From: Gammaproteobacteria bacterium
GTDB taxonomy: Bacteria; Pseudomonadota; Gammaproteobacteria; Eutrophobiales; Eutrophobiaceae
Direction: 5' to 3'
Assembly (NCBI GenBank): GCA_947480335.1
Contig: CANKCB010000006.1
Location: 13,148-77,147, forward strand
Length of the DNA: 64,000 nt
Under the pieces are notes generated by a model. That model was not told the DNA's origin. It saw only the letters and a program-made list of their open reading frames with translations, and made no database searches. Positions 1 to 11,883 of this stretch are shown piece by piece (positions within the stretch are counted from its first letter, which is position 1; every line of letters starts with the position of its first letter). Both the position numbers and the translations under genes were made by a program.

Positions 1-936
1 GCTGCCATGTGGCCACAGTTGGGCGCACCGTTCGGATTTATTCTGGCCAATGGCTTCTTCCTGCTGCTAACCATTCATTTTAACTATGACTCGAAAACAG
101 CGACGCTGACGGATCCTTTCCTGGTCTGGGGCTGGCGCACGCCGTTTCTGTTATCGATCGTCATGGTGATATTCGGCCTGTATGTGCGCCTGAAGCTACA
201 TGAAACACCGGTGTTTGCCCGCGCCATTGCACGCGGCGAAAAACTGAAAACCCCGTTGACCCAGATCTTTCGTCATCATTTAAAAACGCTGACCATTGGT
301 ACCTTTATTATGGTGGCAACCTATGGCCTGTTTTATCTGATGACCACCTGGGTACTGTCATATGCGATAGGCAGTCCGAGTCTCGGTTTTCTGGGTATAG
401 GCTACCGCGAGTTTCTGGTGTTGCAGATAATATCCGTACTCTGCTTCGCCGGATTCATCCCCGTGTCTGGACTGCTGGCCGATCGGTTTGGACGTCGCAA
501 ATTTCTTCTGATCGTTACGTTTCTCATTATCCTGTTCGGCTTCAGCTTTAATCTGTTCATCTCGCCCGATGTCATAGGCACAGGCGCGAATGCGAACAAG
601 ACCATCATGCTGCTGTTTCTCAGTACCGGCATGACGCTGATGGGACTGACTTTTGGACCGATGTCCGCGCTGTTGCCCGAACTGTTTCCAACCAATATTC
701 GTTATACCGGATCCGGTGTTTCCTACAATCTGGCCTCGATACTGGGCGCGGCGCTGACACCGTTTGTCGCCGCCTGGCTGGTGAAAAACCATGGGCCGGG
801 ATCGGTCGGTTTTTATCTGGCTGCACTGGGAACGATGACATTCATCGCACTGTGGTTAAGCAAGGAAACTCGTGACCGGGATCTGGACACAATGTCAGAT
901 CTTGCTACGTCAGGAATCGAATCGACCTCACCTTGA
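1..936 (+). CDS. MFS transporter, metabolite:H+ symporter (MHS/ProP-like) family, C-terminal part; 5' end lies outside the window
   Basis: ORF 7..936 is hydrophobic and multi-TM. It carries the MHS-type motif LFPTNIRYTGSGVSYNLASILGAALTPFVAAWL. Its length corresponds to only the second half of a 12-TM MFS protein. Confidence 0.6.
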   Translation, partial: AAMWPQLGAPFGFILANGFFLLLTIHFNYDSKTATLTDPFLVWGWRTPFLLSIVMVIFGLYVRLKLHETPVFARAIARGEKLKTPLTQIFRHHLKTLTIGTFIMVATYGLFYLMTTWVLSYAIGSPSLGFLGIGYREFLVLQIISVLCFAGFIPVSGLLADRFGRRKFLLIVTFLIILFGFSFNLFISPDVIGTGANANKTIMLLFLSTGMTLMGLTFGPMSALLPELFPTNIRYTGSGVSYNLASILGAALTPFVAAWLVKNHGPGSVGFYLAALGTMTFIALWLSKETRDRDLDTMSDLATSGIESTSP

Positions 937-1219
937 GTTACCTCTGTTTTAACCATTTATAACAAAGGAGCCTCTGATTAAGTCAGCGCGTCCAACCGCA
1001 CAAGGATGTGCGGCCAAATTCAAAACAACATCTGTTTGATTTTGTGAGTAAAATAAACAATACGAATTTTCATACGCTGCAGACCAGCATCCACACAAAG
1101 AGTGAACACCCGGCCCAAAATGTCAAGTAATACAAAACCGGCTCAGGGCTTCTTATTTCGATTCATTTCAGCGAAAATCGCGTCCGTAAACCGATGTACC
1201 CAATATACGAGATAACAGC

Positions 1220-3487
1220 ATGTCAAAAAACCTGACCCTGGACTTCGAACAAAACGAATCGCGGCCCATCCACGTGTTTACCGAGCAGGCCTATCTGGAT
1301 TATTCCATGTACGTCATACTCGACCGCGCCTTGCCGCATATCGGTGACGGACTCAAACCGGTACAGCGCCGTATCATCTATGCGATGTCTGAACTTGGCC
1401 TGAAAGCCGGTGCCAAGTACAAGAAGTCTGCGCGTACCATCGGTGATGTTATCGGTAAATTTCATCCGCACGGCGATTCCGCCTGTTATGAAGCCATGGT
1501 GTTGATGGCGCAGGATTTTAGTTATCGCTATCCACTGGTAGATGGCCAAGGTAACTGGGGTTCCATGGATGATCCGAAATCATTTGCCGCCATGCGTTAC
1601 ACGGAAGCCAAACTGCGCGCGTATGCTGATGTACTGCTTGGTGAAGTCACCCAGGGTACGGTCGACTGGGTTCCGAATTTTGATGGCACACTGGATGAAC
1701 CGAAACTGTTACCCGCCCGGTTGCCCAATGTACTGCTAAATGGCACCACCGGTATTGCTGTCGGTATGGCTACCGATATTCCTCCGCACAATCTGCGTGA
1801 GGTTGCCACCGCCTGTATCCGCATGCTCGACGAACCAAAAAGCACAGTGAAAGAACTGTTCGAGCACATACAGGGTCCGGACTATCCGGTTGCCGCTGAA
1901 ATCATCACCCCGCGCGCCGAAATTCTGCAAATGTATGAAACCGGTTACGGTTCCATCAAGATGCGCGCTGTATGGGAAAAAGAAGAAGGCAATATCGTGA
2001 TCACGGCTTTGCCATACCAGTGTTCCGGAAACCGCATACTCGAACAAATCGCCGGACAGATGAATGCGAAGAAACTGCCGATGCTGGAAGATCTGCGTGA
2101 TGAGTCCGACCATGAAAACCCGACACGACTGGTATTGATTCCGCGTTCGAACCGCATCGATCTGGATGACCTGATGTCGCACCTGTTTGCGACCACGGAT
2201 CTGGAAAAGAGCTACCGCGTGAACCTGAACATGATCGGGCTGGACGGTCGTCCGCAAGTGAAGAACCTGCGCGATATTATTAAAGAGTGGCTGGAATACC
2301 GTACCGAGACCGTGCGTCGTCGTTTGCAGTATCGCCTGGACAAGGTTGAGGCCGACATCCATCTGCTGGAAGGCCTGATGATCGCCTATCTGAATATCGA
2401 TGAAGTGATCCGCATCATCCGCCAGGAAGATGATCCCAAAGCGGTAATGATGAAACGGTTCAAGTTGTCCGATTTACAGACCGAAGCGATCCTCAATCTG
2501 CGCTTGAGAAAATTGGCCAAGCTGGAAGAATTCCAGATCAAGGGCGAGCTGGACAATCTGAGTGAAGAAAGTAAAGCTCTGCAGCAAATCCTCGGCTCTG
2601 CCTCGCGTATGAAAACGCTGATCAAGAAAGAGATCATGGCTGATGCGGAAGCGCACGGAGACAAACGCCGCTCGCCATTGGTCAAACGCGAAGAAGCCAA
2701 AGCCATCAATGAAGCTGAACTGGTGCCAACAGAACCTGTGACCGTGGTGCTGTCACAGAAGGGCTGGGTACGTGCGGCAAAAGGACATGAAATCGAGGCG
2801 GAAGCTTTGACCTACCGCGCTGGCGACGAACTGAAACAGGCGGTAAAGGGCAAGAGTAATCAGTCTGCTGTGTTTATCGATTCAACCGGACGTAGTTATT
2901 CAATCCCGGCACACACCTTGCCCTCAGCACGCGGTAATGGTGAACCGATTGCCAGTCGCTTTACACCGCCAGATGGCGCGACCTTTGCTGGCGTGATGAT
3001 GGGAGAACCGGAAACCATTTATCTGGTGGCCAGTGATGCCGGATATGGTTTCAAGGTGAAGTTTGAAGAATTGCATACGCGTAACAAGAATGGCAAGGCG
3101 GTGCTCAGCGTGCCATCCGGGTCGAATGTGTTGATACCTTCACTTGTGTTTGATCCTGATCAGGATTTTGTCGCCGCCATTTCATCAATAGGCCGCATGT
3201 TGGTAATGGACATCAAGGAATTCCCGTTACTGGGTAAAGGCAAGGGTCTGAAGATTATCCAGATCCCGCCGGCTAAACTGAAAACACGCGAGGAGTACAT
3301 GAGTGCTATCGCCTGTTTTAGCGAAGGCGACTCCTTATTACTTCAGGCAGGCAAACGTCAAATCACACTGAAACCGGAAATCATCAATAATTTCTACGGC
3401 GAACGCGGACTGCGCGGCAACATGTTGCCACAGGGCTTCCGACAGATCAGTACCATGACAGTGGTCAAGGAACCGGTGAAGGAATAG
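1220..3487 (+). CDS. parC: DNA topoisomerase IV subunit A
   Basis: 755 aa. N-terminus [20 protein letters not shown]...[13 protein letters not shown] is a GyrA/ParC signature. It has ParC length and no GyrA-type acidic tail. Confidence 0.8.
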   Translation: MSKNLTLDFEQNESRPIHVFTEQAYLDYSMYVILDRALPHIGDGLKPVQRRIIYAMSELGLKAGAKYKKSARTIGDVIGKFHPHGDSACYEAMVLMAQDFSYRYPLVDGQGNWGSMDDPKSFAAMRYTEAKLRAYADVLLGEVTQGTVDWVPNFDGTLDEPKLLPARLPNVLLNGTTGIAVGMATDIPPHNLREVATACIRMLDEPKSTVKELFEHIQGPDYPVAAEIITPRAEILQMYETGYGSIKMRAVWEKEEGNIVITALPYQCSGNRILEQIAGQMNAKKLPMLEDLRDESDHENPTRLVLIPRSNRIDLDDLMSHLFATTDLEKSYRVNLNMIGLDGRPQVKNLRDIIKEWLEYRTETVRRRLQYRLDKVEADIHLLEGLMIAYLNIDEVIRIIRQEDDPKAVMMKRFKLSDLQTEAILNLRLRKLAKLEEFQIKGELDNLSEESKALQQILGSASRMKTLIKKEIMADAEAHGDKRRSPLVKREEAKAINEAELVPTEPVTVVLSQKGWVRAAKGHEIEAEALTYRAGDELKQAVKGKSNQSAVFIDSTGRSYSIPAHTLPSARGNGEPIASRFTPPDGATFAGVMMGEPETIYLVASDAGYGFKVKFEELHTRNKNGKAVLSVPSGSNVLIPSLVFDPDQDFVAAISSIGRMLVMDIKEFPLLGKGKGLKIIQIPPAKLKTREEYMSAIACFSEGDSLLLQAGKRQITLKPEIINNFYGERGLRGNMLPQGFRQISTMTVVKEPVKE

Positions 3488-3757
3488 GTATCCAGACTAC
3501 CCGTCAGTCAAAAAATCTGACACTAAAGGCAGGGGCACAGTAACTTGTGCTCCTGCATAAATCATCCCTTGATATTCACCCAACAGACCTTACATTATCT
3601 ATATATAAAATTTACTTTGCCGTAGAGTGCAGGGAAGCTGGTGCAAATCCACATAACCCTAAAATATTTAGGCCTATTATTTAAGGACTCACGATAAAAC
3701 CAACTGCCTGACAGGTGGTCTAACAACGAGTTATTCACAATTGAGGATATAAATACC

Positions 3758-4642
3758 ATGAAACGTATATTACTGTTTCTTGCTACCAACCTTGCCATCA
3801 TGCTGGTGCTTGGTGTGGTCATCTCCGTGTTTGGTCTGGGCAATGTGTTGAATAAATCCGGCACGGGGCTGGATCTGACATCATTATTGATCCTGTCAGC
3901 AGTTGTCGGTATGACCGGTTCGTTCATCTCGTTGGCCTTGTCGAAAACGATGGCTATCCATGGCACGGGTGCACAGATCATCAAAGCACCTTCAAACCCG
4001 ACCGAAGTCTGGTTGGTGGATACAGTAAGCCGACAGGCAAGGGATGCCGGTATAGGTATGCCCGATGTGGCTATTTTCCCATCACCGGAAATGAATGCCT
4101 TTGCCACCGGTATGAACAAAAATAGTGCGCTGGTCGCCGTCAGCACCGGTCTGTTACAGAATATGGATCGCAGTCAGGCCGAAGCGGTACTTGGTCATGA
4201 AATCACCCACGTAGCCAACGGCGACATGATTACACTGACGCTGATCCAGGGCGTGGTAAATACCTTTGTGTTTTTCCTGTCACGTGTGATTGGTCATGTT
4301 ATCGACCGCGCTGTATTTAAAGTAGAGCGCGGCCATGGTCCAGCCTACTGGATCACCGTGTTTATCGCTCAAATGGTGCTCGGTATACTCGCCAGCATGA
4401 TCGTGATGTGGTTCAGCCGTTACCGTGAATTCAAGGCAGATGCGGGTGGCGCTAAACTGGCCGGTACCAACAAGATGATTTCCGCGCTGGAACGACTGAA
4501 GCAGGGACATCAACAGGTTGAATTACCCGATCAGCTGGCGGCTTTCGGAATATCTGGCGGCATCAAGGGTGGCATGACCAAGCTGTTCATGAGCCATCCG
4601 CCGTTGGAAGAACGCATCGCCGCCTTGCAGAAGCAGGGGTAA
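3758..4642 (+). CDS. htpX: Zinc metalloprotease HtpX (heat-shock membrane protease)
   Basis: 294 aa with N-terminal TM helices and an HEITHVANGD (HExxH) zinc motif. Closely resembles E. coli HtpX. Confidence 0.85.
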   Translation: MKRILLFLATNLAIMLVLGVVISVFGLGNVLNKSGTGLDLTSLLILSAVVGMTGSFISLALSKTMAIHGTGAQIIKAPSNPTEVWLVDTVSRQARDAGIGMPDVAIFPSPEMNAFATGMNKNSALVAVSTGLLQNMDRSQAEAVLGHEITHVANGDMITLTLIQGVVNTFVFFLSRVIGHVIDRAVFKVERGHGPAYWITVFIAQMVLGILASMIVMWFSRYREFKADAGGAKLAGTNKMISALERLKQGHQQVELPDQLAAFGISGGIKGGMTKLFMSHPPLEERIAALQKQG

Positions 4643-4801
4643 GCAACACTGGCCGTATCGACACAGCTGATCGCCGGGACACTGCATGCGGTGCCCCTAC
4701 CGGTTCGGATTCAAATGTCGTAATTCGTGAACGATCTTGTTTGTCGTACTGACACAAAAATTACCGTCGTCATACTGGCGTATGCCAGTATCTATGTGGT
4801 T

Positions 4802-4838
4802 AAAAAAAACGGGAGGCACCTTGCGGGACCTCCCGTTT
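4802..4838. terminator. Bidirectional rho-independent terminator (htpX / lipoprotein gene)
   Basis: A8-CGGGAGG-loop-CCTCCCG-TTT. The A-run and T-run flank a GC-rich hairpin between the convergent genes. Confidence 0.6.
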
Positions 4839-4860
4839 ATTCCAGAACTTTTTTAATCAG

Positions 4861-5100
4861 TTACTTCGAGGAGTCGATATCATCACACATATAGTAACCA
4901 ATAATACCACCTATAATGGCGCCACCGGCATAACCGGCACTTTCACCATTAATAGCTCCACCCACACCGGCACCGCCAGCGGTCGTCGCCAACATGCATA
5001 AAGCATCCTGGGAAATGGATGCGCTATTACCTGTTGTCGCACACCCGGACAGCAGAGAGCTGGCACATATTAATGCAATTACACTCTGTTTAATTTTCAT
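4861..5100 (-). CDS. Small glycine-zipper lipoprotein (signal peptide + lipobox LSGC, Gly-rich C-terminus)
   Basis: ORF 4861..5187 is best started at the internal MKIKQSV (ATG at 5100). It has lipobox SLLSGC and GGAGVGGAINGESAGYAGGAIIGGIIGYY, a glycine-zipper/YMGG-like motif. Confidence 0.5.
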   Translation of the reverse strand: MKIKQSVIALICASSLLSGCATTGNSASISQDALCMLATTAGGAGVGGAINGESAGYAGGAIIGGIIGYYMCDDIDSSK

Positions 5101-5301
5101 AAAGCTCCCCTGAAAGATAATTAAGATTATAAATAAACATGTTGAAGCATTGCCAATAACTTCGTTCTTTTTATCATACTTTATCAAGTTACAACAAGCG
5201 TCCGCAAATGGTCAAGCTTGAAAACAGGTTATTACAAAACCTGACTGGACAGAACAAAATCTGAAATTAGCCACTTACCCCGTATCCTGATCGACTGTCT
5301 A

Positions 5302-5868
5302 CTACGTCTTTGGCAACGTCACTCCGGTCTGGCCCTGATACTTGCCACCCCGATCCTTGTACGACGTCTCGCATACTTCATCGGATTCGAAGAAAATCAT
5401 CTGCGCCACACCTTCGTTCGCGTAGATTTTGGCGGGCAAGGTCGTGGTATTGGAAAATTCCAGTGTCACATGTCCTTCCCACTCCGGCTCCAGCGGCGTG
5501 ACATTGACGATGATGCCACAACGGGCGTAGGTGGATTTGCCCAGACAAATTGTCAGAATATTTCTCGGGATGCGAAAATATTCAACCGTACGTGCGAGTG
5601 CAAATGAATTCGGTGGAATGATGCAGACATCCGTATCCAGATTAACAAAGCTGTTTGAATCAAAGTTTTTTGGATCGACTATGGATGAATTGATATTGGT
5701 AAAGATACGAAACTCGGTAGCACAGCGAACATCATAACCGTAGCTCGATGTTCCGTAGGAAACCAGTTTTTTGTCGCCTTGCTGCTTGACCTGCCCCGGT
5801 TCAAACGGCTCGATCAAACCATGCTCTTTTGCCATACGGCGGATCCATTTGTCCGATTTAACGCTCAT
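5302..5868 (-). CDS. dcd: dCTP deaminase
   Basis: [24 protein letters not shown]... is typical of Dcd. Start taken at the second Met of the ORF. Confidence 0.85.
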   Translation of the reverse strand: MSVKSDKWIRRMAKEHGLIEPFEPGQVKQQGDKKLVSYGTSSYGYDVRCATEFRIFTNINSSIVDPKNFDSNSFVNLDTDVCIIPPNSFALARTVEYFRIPRNILTICLGKSTYARCGIIVNVTPLEPEWEGHVTLEFSNTTTLPAKIYANEGVAQMIFFESDEVCETSYKDRGGKYQGQTGVTLPKT

Positions 5869-5901
5869 GCTCCTCACCCATCCAAATTAATTAAACACAA
5901 T

Positions 5902-5947
5902 CCTACCACTCCCCTCACTCCTCTCCCCTCTCCCCTCTCCCCTCACA
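5902..5947. repeat. C/T-rich intergenic repeat, (CCCCTCT)3-containing; G4-capable on minus strand
   Basis: CCACTCCCCTCACTCCTCTCCCCTCTCCCCTCTCCCCTCAC between apbC and dcd. Confidence 0.5.
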
Positions 5948-5949
5948 TC

Positions 5950-7041
5950 TTATATATTCTCAACCACAATTTTTGGAAACCTGCCGCTGTAGTCTCTGGA
6001 CTTCAATGCGAGCTGGGCGGCGGCCTTGCGGGCGATGGCACGATAATTCAAGGTAATGGCCGATTCCGGCGCCAGAGCGACGGTTGGTTTACCAACATCC
6101 ATACCTTCACGTATAGAGATATCGAGCGGCAAAGATCCCAGTAAGTCGACACCGTATTGTCTGGCCATTTTATCGCCACCACCACTACCAAAGATATGTT
6201 CCTCGTGACCGCAGTTACTGCAAATGTGGGTACTCATGTTTTCAACAATACCCAACACAGCGACCTCAACCTTCTGGAACATCTTCAGTGCCTTGCGCGC
6301 ATCCAGCAAGGCAATATCCTGTGGTGTGGTTACTATAATTGCACCGCTCACGGGGATTTTCTGGCACAGGGTCAGTTGTATATCACCAGTACCCGGTGGT
6401 AGGTCAATAATCAGATAATCCAGATCCTGCCAGTTCGTATCTGCCAGCATTTGTTCCAGCGCGGAAGTCACCATCGGCCCACGCCAGATCATCGGCGTTT
6501 CCTCATCGATCAGGTATCCAATGGACATGGTTTGCAAACCATAGCTGATATTGGGTTCCAGCTTTTTACCGTCGATGCTTTCAGGTTTCTTGTAACAACC
6601 CAGCATTCTGGGCTGGCTGGGCCCGTAGATATCTGCATCCAGTATCCCGACTTTTGCCCCTTCGGCCTGTAGTGCCAGTGCCAGATTCGCTGCGGTAGTA
6701 GATTTGCCGACACCACCCTTACCGGAGGCAATCGCAATGGTATTTTTCACATTTGCGAGTGGTTTGACGCCTTTCTGTACAGCATGTGAAGTAATACTGG
6801 CATCCAGTTCAACCTGCACCTGCAGTCCACTTGCCAATGACTCTACGGCCCGGACAATATTGGCAGACAGCTCCTGGCGATACCCCTCTGCCGGGTAACC
6901 TAACCCTATCGAAATCAGTATCTGTCCAGACTGGATTCGAACATCATTGACGACCTTCGCGCTCATCAGGTCTTTACCCAGATTGGTATCGACTACTGTT
7001 GCCAGAACGGCTTCGATTTGTTCACGGTTTACTTCAGGCAT
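5950..7041 (-). CDS. apbC: Fe-S cluster carrier ATPase ApbC/Mrp (NBP35 family)
   Basis: 363 aa with Walker A GKGGVGKSTTAANLA and the CxxC of the Mrp family. It lies divergent from metG, as in E. coli mrp-metG. Confidence 0.85.
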   Translation of the reverse strand: MPEVNREQIEAVLATVVDTNLGKDLMSAKVVNDVRIQSGQILISIGLGYPAEGYRQELSANIVRAVESLASGLQVQVELDASITSHAVQKGVKPLANVKNTIAIASGKGGVGKSTTAANLALALQAEGAKVGILDADIYGPSQPRMLGCYKKPESIDGKKLEPNISYGLQTMSIGYLIDEETPMIWRGPMVTSALEQMLADTNWQDLDYLIIDLPPGTGDIQLTLCQKIPVSGAIIVTTPQDIALLDARKALKMFQKVEVAVLGIVENMSTHICSNCGHEEHIFGSGGGDKMARQYGVDLLGSLPLDISIREGMDVGKPTVALAPESAITLNYRAIARKAAAQLALKSRDYSGRFPKIVVENI

Positions 7042-7169
7042 CTTTCATCACGCTTGACTGTTAATTATGTGTTTATCTTACAACATTTTCAGGTATTAGT
7101 TTCACATGCTTGCTACACCGGGCCGGTCATTGGTGTAAACTGTCGCCTGAATCCTGATTTACGACACTT

Positions 7170-9209
7170 ATGACAGAAAACAAACGAAAAATCCTGGTCA
7201 CCAGTGCATTGCCGTATGCAAATGGTTCGATACATATCGGCCATCTGGTTGAATACATACAGACGGATATCTGGGTAAGGTTCCAGAAAATGTGCGGCAA
7301 TGACTGTCTGTATGTCTGCGCTGACGATGCGCATGGAACGCCCATCATGCTAAGGGCGGAACAGGAAGGTATTACCCCGGAACAATTGATCGCCAGAACG
7401 TTGGAAGAACACCGGGCAGATTTTGCCGGATTCAATATCGAATTTGACAACTACCATTCTACTCACAGTGCCGAGAACCGTGAGCTCTCGACCTGGATTT
7501 ATACCCGACTGCGTGACAATAACTACATTACCCAACGCAGCATCGAACAGCTTTATGATCCGGTAAAGGAAATGTTCCTGCCGGATCGGTTCATCCGTGG
7601 GGAATGCCCAACCTGCCATGCACAGGATCAGTACGGTGACCAGTGCGAGGTTTGCAACCGTACATATTCGCCTACCGATTTGCTTAATCCGGTCTCAGCA
7701 ATCTCGGGTGCCACACCTATAAAAAAGGAATCTTTGCATTTCTTTTTTGACCTGCCCGCATTTGAACCGAAGTTGCGAGAGTGGACCCGCAACACGCTGC
7801 AAGCTGAAATTGCCAACAAACTGGAAGAATGGTTTTTGGCGGGCTTGCAGCAGTGGGACATCTCGCGAGACAAACCCTATTTCGGATTTGAAATTCCCGA
7901 TGCGCCGGGAAAATATTTCTATGTGTGGCTGGATGCGCCTGTCGGATATTTTGCCAGTCTAAAAAACCTGTGCGAACGCCGCGGCCTCGATCTTGATTCC
8001 TATATACGCCATGACAGCCAGGCAGAGATGTATCACTTCATTGGCAAGGACATCATGTATTTTCATGCGCTGTTCTGGCCTGCCATGCTTGAAGGCTGCG
8101 GCCTGCGTAAACCGGACAATATATTCATACATGGTTTCCTCACCGTGAATGGCCAGAAAATGTCCAAGTCACGTGGAACCTTTATCAAGGCCGCCACTTA
8201 CCTGCAGCATTTGCACCCGGAATACCTGCGCTATTACTATGCCTCCAAACTGGGCTCTGGCATTGATGATATCGACTTGAATCTGGATGATTTTATTTTC
8301 CGTATCAATTCGGATCTGGTGGGCAAGATAGTGAATATCGCCAGTCGCTGTGCCGGATTCATTTCCAAACGATTTGACGGCAAACTTTCCGGCCAGCTGG
8401 CTGATCCGGAATTATTTGCCAGAATTACCTCTGGCGCAAATGAGTCGCTGAAACAATTGTACGAAAACCGTGAGTACAGCAAGGCGATGCGCGCCATCAT
8501 GGCAATTGCGGATGAGGTCAATCAATACATTGACGAGCACAAACCCTGGGTCATTGCCAAAGTGGAGGGCCGTGAACAGGAGTTGCAAGCAGTGTGCACG
8601 ATGGGACTGAACTGCTATCGGCTACTGGTACTGTACCTGAAACCGGTCTTACCGGAGCTGGCCAAAAATTCTGAACAGTTCCTGAATATCGCTCCACTGG
8701 TCTGGCAAGATGCTGACCATGCACTGCTCGACCATACGATTAACACCTTTAAACCCCTGATGACACGCGTAGAACAGGAGAAAGTTGACGCCATGATTGC
8801 TGACAGCAAGGACAACCTGCAGGCTTCCGCAGATACACCACCTGCAGTACAAAACACATTACTGACCGAAACACCGATTGCTCCTGTTATTTCTATCGAG
8901 GATTTTGGCAAGATTGATTTACGGGTGGCACGTATTCTCAAGGCAGAACAGGTTGAAGGCGCAGACAAACTGCTACAGTTGACGCTGGATCTTGGCGGAG
9001 AAACACGCAATGTATTTGCCGGCATCAAGTCTGCCTACGATCCGGCAACGCTGGAAGGTCGCTTGACTGTCATGGTAGCCAATCTGGCGCCACGCAAGAT
9101 GCGCTTTGGCGTATCTGAAGGAATGGTACTTGCGGCCGGTTCCGGTAAGGGTGATATATATATATTAAGCCCTGATAATGGCGCTGAACCGGGAATGCGC
9201 ATAAAATAA
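7170..9209 (+). CDS. metG: Methionine--tRNA ligase
   Basis: 679 aa. Has the HIGH motif ([13 protein letters not shown]), KMSKS, zinc knuckles CPTCH...CEVC, and a C-terminal tRNA-binding (EMAP-like) domain. Confidence 0.9.
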   Translation: MTENKRKILVTSALPYANGSIHIGHLVEYIQTDIWVRFQKMCGNDCLYVCADDAHGTPIMLRAEQEGITPEQLIARTLEEHRADFAGFNIEFDNYHSTHSAENRELSTWIYTRLRDNNYITQRSIEQLYDPVKEMFLPDRFIRGECPTCHAQDQYGDQCEVCNRTYSPTDLLNPVSAISGATPIKKESLHFFFDLPAFEPKLREWTRNTLQAEIANKLEEWFLAGLQQWDISRDKPYFGFEIPDAPGKYFYVWLDAPVGYFASLKNLCERRGLDLDSYIRHDSQAEMYHFIGKDIMYFHALFWPAMLEGCGLRKPDNIFIHGFLTVNGQKMSKSRGTFIKAATYLQHLHPEYLRYYYASKLGSGIDDIDLNLDDFIFRINSDLVGKIVNIASRCAGFISKRFDGKLSGQLADPELFARITSGANESLKQLYENREYSKAMRAIMAIADEVNQYIDEHKPWVIAKVEGREQELQAVCTMGLNCYRLLVLYLKPVLPELAKNSEQFLNIAPLVWQDADHALLDHTINTFKPLMTRVEQEKVDAMIADSKDNLQASADTPPAVQNTLLTETPIAPVISIEDFGKIDLRVARILKAEQVEGADKLLQLTLDLGGETRNVFAGIKSAYDPATLEGRLTVMVANLAPRKMRFGVSEGMVLAAGSGKGDIYILSPDNGAEPGMRIK

Positions 9210-9215
9210 TGTAGC

Positions 9216-9800
9216 GTGAACGAAACCCTCCTCATCTTCCTCAGCGCAGGTCTGGTCAATAATCTGATCCTGGATCATATGCTGGGTGTGGATTCGGTCA
9301 TCGCCCTGTCCCGCAAGCCTGAAACTGCGCTGGACCTGACCCTGTTAATGCTGATACTTCTGCCAATCACAACCGCCTGTGGCTGGTTGCTCGCAACCAG
9401 CATGTTGCAACCCATGCGTTTGGAATATCTGCTGCTACCTGCACAGGTCTTGTTAATCTGCCTGCTGGTACCGGCGGCTGGCATGATCCTTCAACGTGTC
9501 AGGCCGCAACTTTTTACCAGACTCGTATTGTATTTTCCGCTGGTCATGGTCAACTGTACGATACTTGGCGTAACTCTTTTAAATCTGTCCGCATTACATA
9601 ACCTTTCTGCCTCAATAGCCTACGGTTTTGGTTCAGCGGCTTGTTTCGGTCTGGTGATGTTGCTCACCTCGGCCATACGTGACCGGATTTCCGCGGCGGA
9701 TGTACCGATTCCTTTCAAAGGTACGGCTATTTTATTCATTACACTCGGCCTGATGGCAATGGCGTTCATGGGCTTTACCGGACTCAGTCCTGTTCAATGA
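9216..9800 (+). CDS. rnfA: Rnf/Rsx electron transport complex subunit A
   Basis: GTG start. Polytopic membrane protein matching RsxA: [12 protein letters not shown]..., [11 protein letters not shown]. Confidence 0.85.
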   Translation: MNETLLIFLSAGLVNNLILDHMLGVDSVIALSRKPETALDLTLLMLILLPITTACGWLLATSMLQPMRLEYLLLPAQVLLICLLVPAAGMILQRVRPQLFTRLVLYFPLVMVNCTILGVTLLNLSALHNLSASIAYGFGSAACFGLVMLLTSAIRDRISAADVPIPFKGTAILFITLGLMAMAFMGFTGLSPVQ

Positions 9801-10339
9801 CGGGACTGATACTACTGTTTTTGTTAGTAGGTCTGTTTATACCGGTCTGGTATTTATATTTGCAAAAACCTGTATCCCATACGGGCACGCACGCGCCGGA
9901 CACTACCGCCGATGCAATTGACAAACTCTTGCCTCAGACACAATGTGGGCAATGTGGTTATACCGGATGCCGACCTTATGCTGAAGCCATCACCAGAGGG
10001 ATGGCCGGGATCAACCAGTGTCCACCCGGTGGTGAACCCACACTGCGTGCCCTGGCCCGACTACTTGGACAGGACATACACGAACCGGTCAGGCTAGTCG
10101 CCACTCCAAAACAGGTTGCCGTGATCGATGAAGACTTGTGTATCGGATGCGTCAAGTGCATCAAGGCCTGTCCGGTAGACGCAATTATCGGTGCGCCAAA
10201 AAAAATGCATACGATTATCAGAAAGAACTGCACCGGTTGCGGCTTATGTATTGCTCCCTGCCCGGTCAATTGCATCAGTCTGGTTCCGGTACGGATGAAA
10301 ACCAGGGAATGGGTCTGGACCAAACCAAACCCGGCATGA
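9797..10339 (+). CDS. rnfB: Rnf complex subunit B (4Fe-4S ferredoxin-type)
   Basis: N-terminal TM helix, a CGQCGYTGC cluster motif and two CxxCxxCxxxCP ferredoxin motifs. Overlaps rnfA by 4 nt. Confidence 0.85.
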   Translation: MTGLILLFLLVGLFIPVWYLYLQKPVSHTGTHAPDTTADAIDKLLPQTQCGQCGYTGCRPYAEAITRGMAGINQCPPGGEPTLRALARLLGQDIHEPVRLVATPKQVAVIDEDLCIGCVKCIKACPVDAIIGAPKKMHTIIRKNCTGCGLCIAPCPVNCISLVPVRMKTREWVWTKPNPA

Positions 10340-11883
10340 ACACACAGGTGACACGTCAGCTACATAATTTTCATGGCGGTCTCGTATTCGAGACTTACAA
10401 GGACATTACCAGCAAGATCGTTGCCATTCAGCATCCGCTCCCACAAAAAATTATTCTGCCACTACGACAACATATTGGTATCCCTGCCGTTCCAGTCGTT
10501 AAGATTGGTGATTACGTACTAAAAGGACAGTTGATTGCCAGGGCCGATGGTTACGTCAGCATTCCATTGCACGCCAGCACTTCTGGCAAGGTAATTGATA
10601 TAGGCGATTATCCGGTACCCCATGCCGGCAAAGCTGTAGCCACCTGTATCGTAATCAAACCGGATGGGGAAGAACGCTGGGCAGATATTGAGCCGACAGA
10701 AAATTTTCTGTCAATCGATCCGAAACAATTACAGGAAATCATCCGTTCCAGTGGAATTGCTGGTCTGGGTGGCGCGGGGTTCCCTGCCCATGTAAAGCTG
10801 AATGAAGGGGTCGTCAATGTAGTCGATACTCTGATTATCAATGGTGTGGAATGTGAACCCTATATTACCTGTGATGACAGACTGATACGGGAAAAAGCAC
10901 ATTATGTCGTTGCCGGGACACGCATGATTCGACATGCTGTACAAGCCAGACAGTGCGTCATTGCCGTGGAGGAAGATATGCCTGAAGCCTATGCGGCTTT
11001 GGCACAATGGATTGATGACGATATTGAACTGATCAAGGTGCCAACACGTTATCCGTCAGGCGGAGAAAAACAGCTGATCCAGGTCATCACCGGCAAGGAA
11101 GTACCCAGCGGCGGACTCGCAATTCACATCGGCATTGTCATGCATAACGTTGCAACAGCGGCGGCAGTCTATCGGGCAGTAACGCGTGGTGAACCGGTTA
11201 TCTCCCGCTATGTCACTATCACCGGCAAGGTCGGTACTCCGCGTAATTTGCAAGTGCTGTTAGGCACGCCGGTCAGCGATTGTTTAAGGGCCTGTGGTTA
11301 TGAACATAATGAGAATCATCGTGTCATTATGGGTGGTCCGATGATGGGTATTCATATCAACAATCCTGACATACCAGTCATCAAGACAACCAACTGTATT
11401 CTGGTTAAGGAAATCCAGCCTATACCGGCGGAAATGCCCTGCATACGTTGTGGCAACTGCGTCGATGTCTGTCCGATTAAACTATTACCGCAGCAATTGT
11501 ATTGGCATGCACGTTCAGAAAATCTGGAAGAAACCAAAAAATTTCATATATTTGACTGTATTGAGTGCGGCTGTTGTTCCTATGTCTGCCCCAGCCATAT
11601 TCCGCTCGTACAATACTATCGTTATGCCAAAACCCGTATCGCCGCAGAAGAACGCAAACGGGAGGGTGCCGATCATGCACGACAACGATTTATGCAACGA
11701 CAACACAGACTTGAAGAAGAAGCACAGGAAAAACTTTTACCACAAGTGTCGACAATATCTGAATCCGATTCGCTCATCGCCGATCCCGACATAATCAAAT
11801 CCTATATTGAAGCCGCCGTCGCCCGAACCCGGGATAAACGCCATCAGTCCAGAATCACCGATCTGGAGGACAAGGATGGCTGA
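10336..11883 (+). CDS. rnfC: Rnf complex subunit C (NADH-binding, 2x[4Fe-4S])
   Basis: The track ORF 10138.. begins out of frame inside rnfB. The homology-consistent start is the ATG at 10336 (ATGA overlap with the rnfB stop). Contains [12 protein letters not shown] and [12 protein letters not shown]. Confidence 0.8.
   Translation: MNTQVTRQLHNFHGGLVFETYKDITSKIVAIQHPLPQKIILPLRQHIGIPAVPVVKIGDYVLKGQLIARADGYVSIPLHASTSGKVIDIGDYPVPHAGKAVATCIVIKPDGEERWADIEPTENFLSIDPKQLQEIIRSSGIAGLGGAGFPAHVKLNEGVVNVVDTLIINGVECEPYITCDDRLIREKAHYVVAGTRMIRHAVQARQCVIAVEEDMPEAYAALAQWIDDDIELIKVPTRYPSGGEKQLIQVITGKEVPSGGLAIHIGIVMHNVATAAAVYRAVTRGEPVISRYVTITGKVGTPRNLQVLLGTPVSDCLRACGYEHNENHRVIMGGPMMGIHINNPDIPVIKTTNCILVKEIQPIPAEMPCIRCGNCVDVCPIKLLPQQLYWHARSENLEETKKFHIFDCIECGCCSYVCPSHIPLVQYYRYAKTRIAAEERKREGADHARQRFMQRQHRLEEEAQEKLLPQVSTISESDSLIADPDIIKSYIEAAVARTRDKRHQSRITDLEDKDG

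Noticed and set aside
358-841. Three nested minus-strand ORFs (144, 97, 73 aa) inside the MFS gene
   Set aside because: They are antisense to a hydrophobic transporter ORF. Their products are Arg/Gln/His-rich with no motifs.
10138-10335. N-terminal 66 codons of the track ORF for rnfC
   Set aside because: This part overlaps rnfB in a different frame and has no RnfC similarity. The homology and an ATGA stop-start overlap support a start at 10336.
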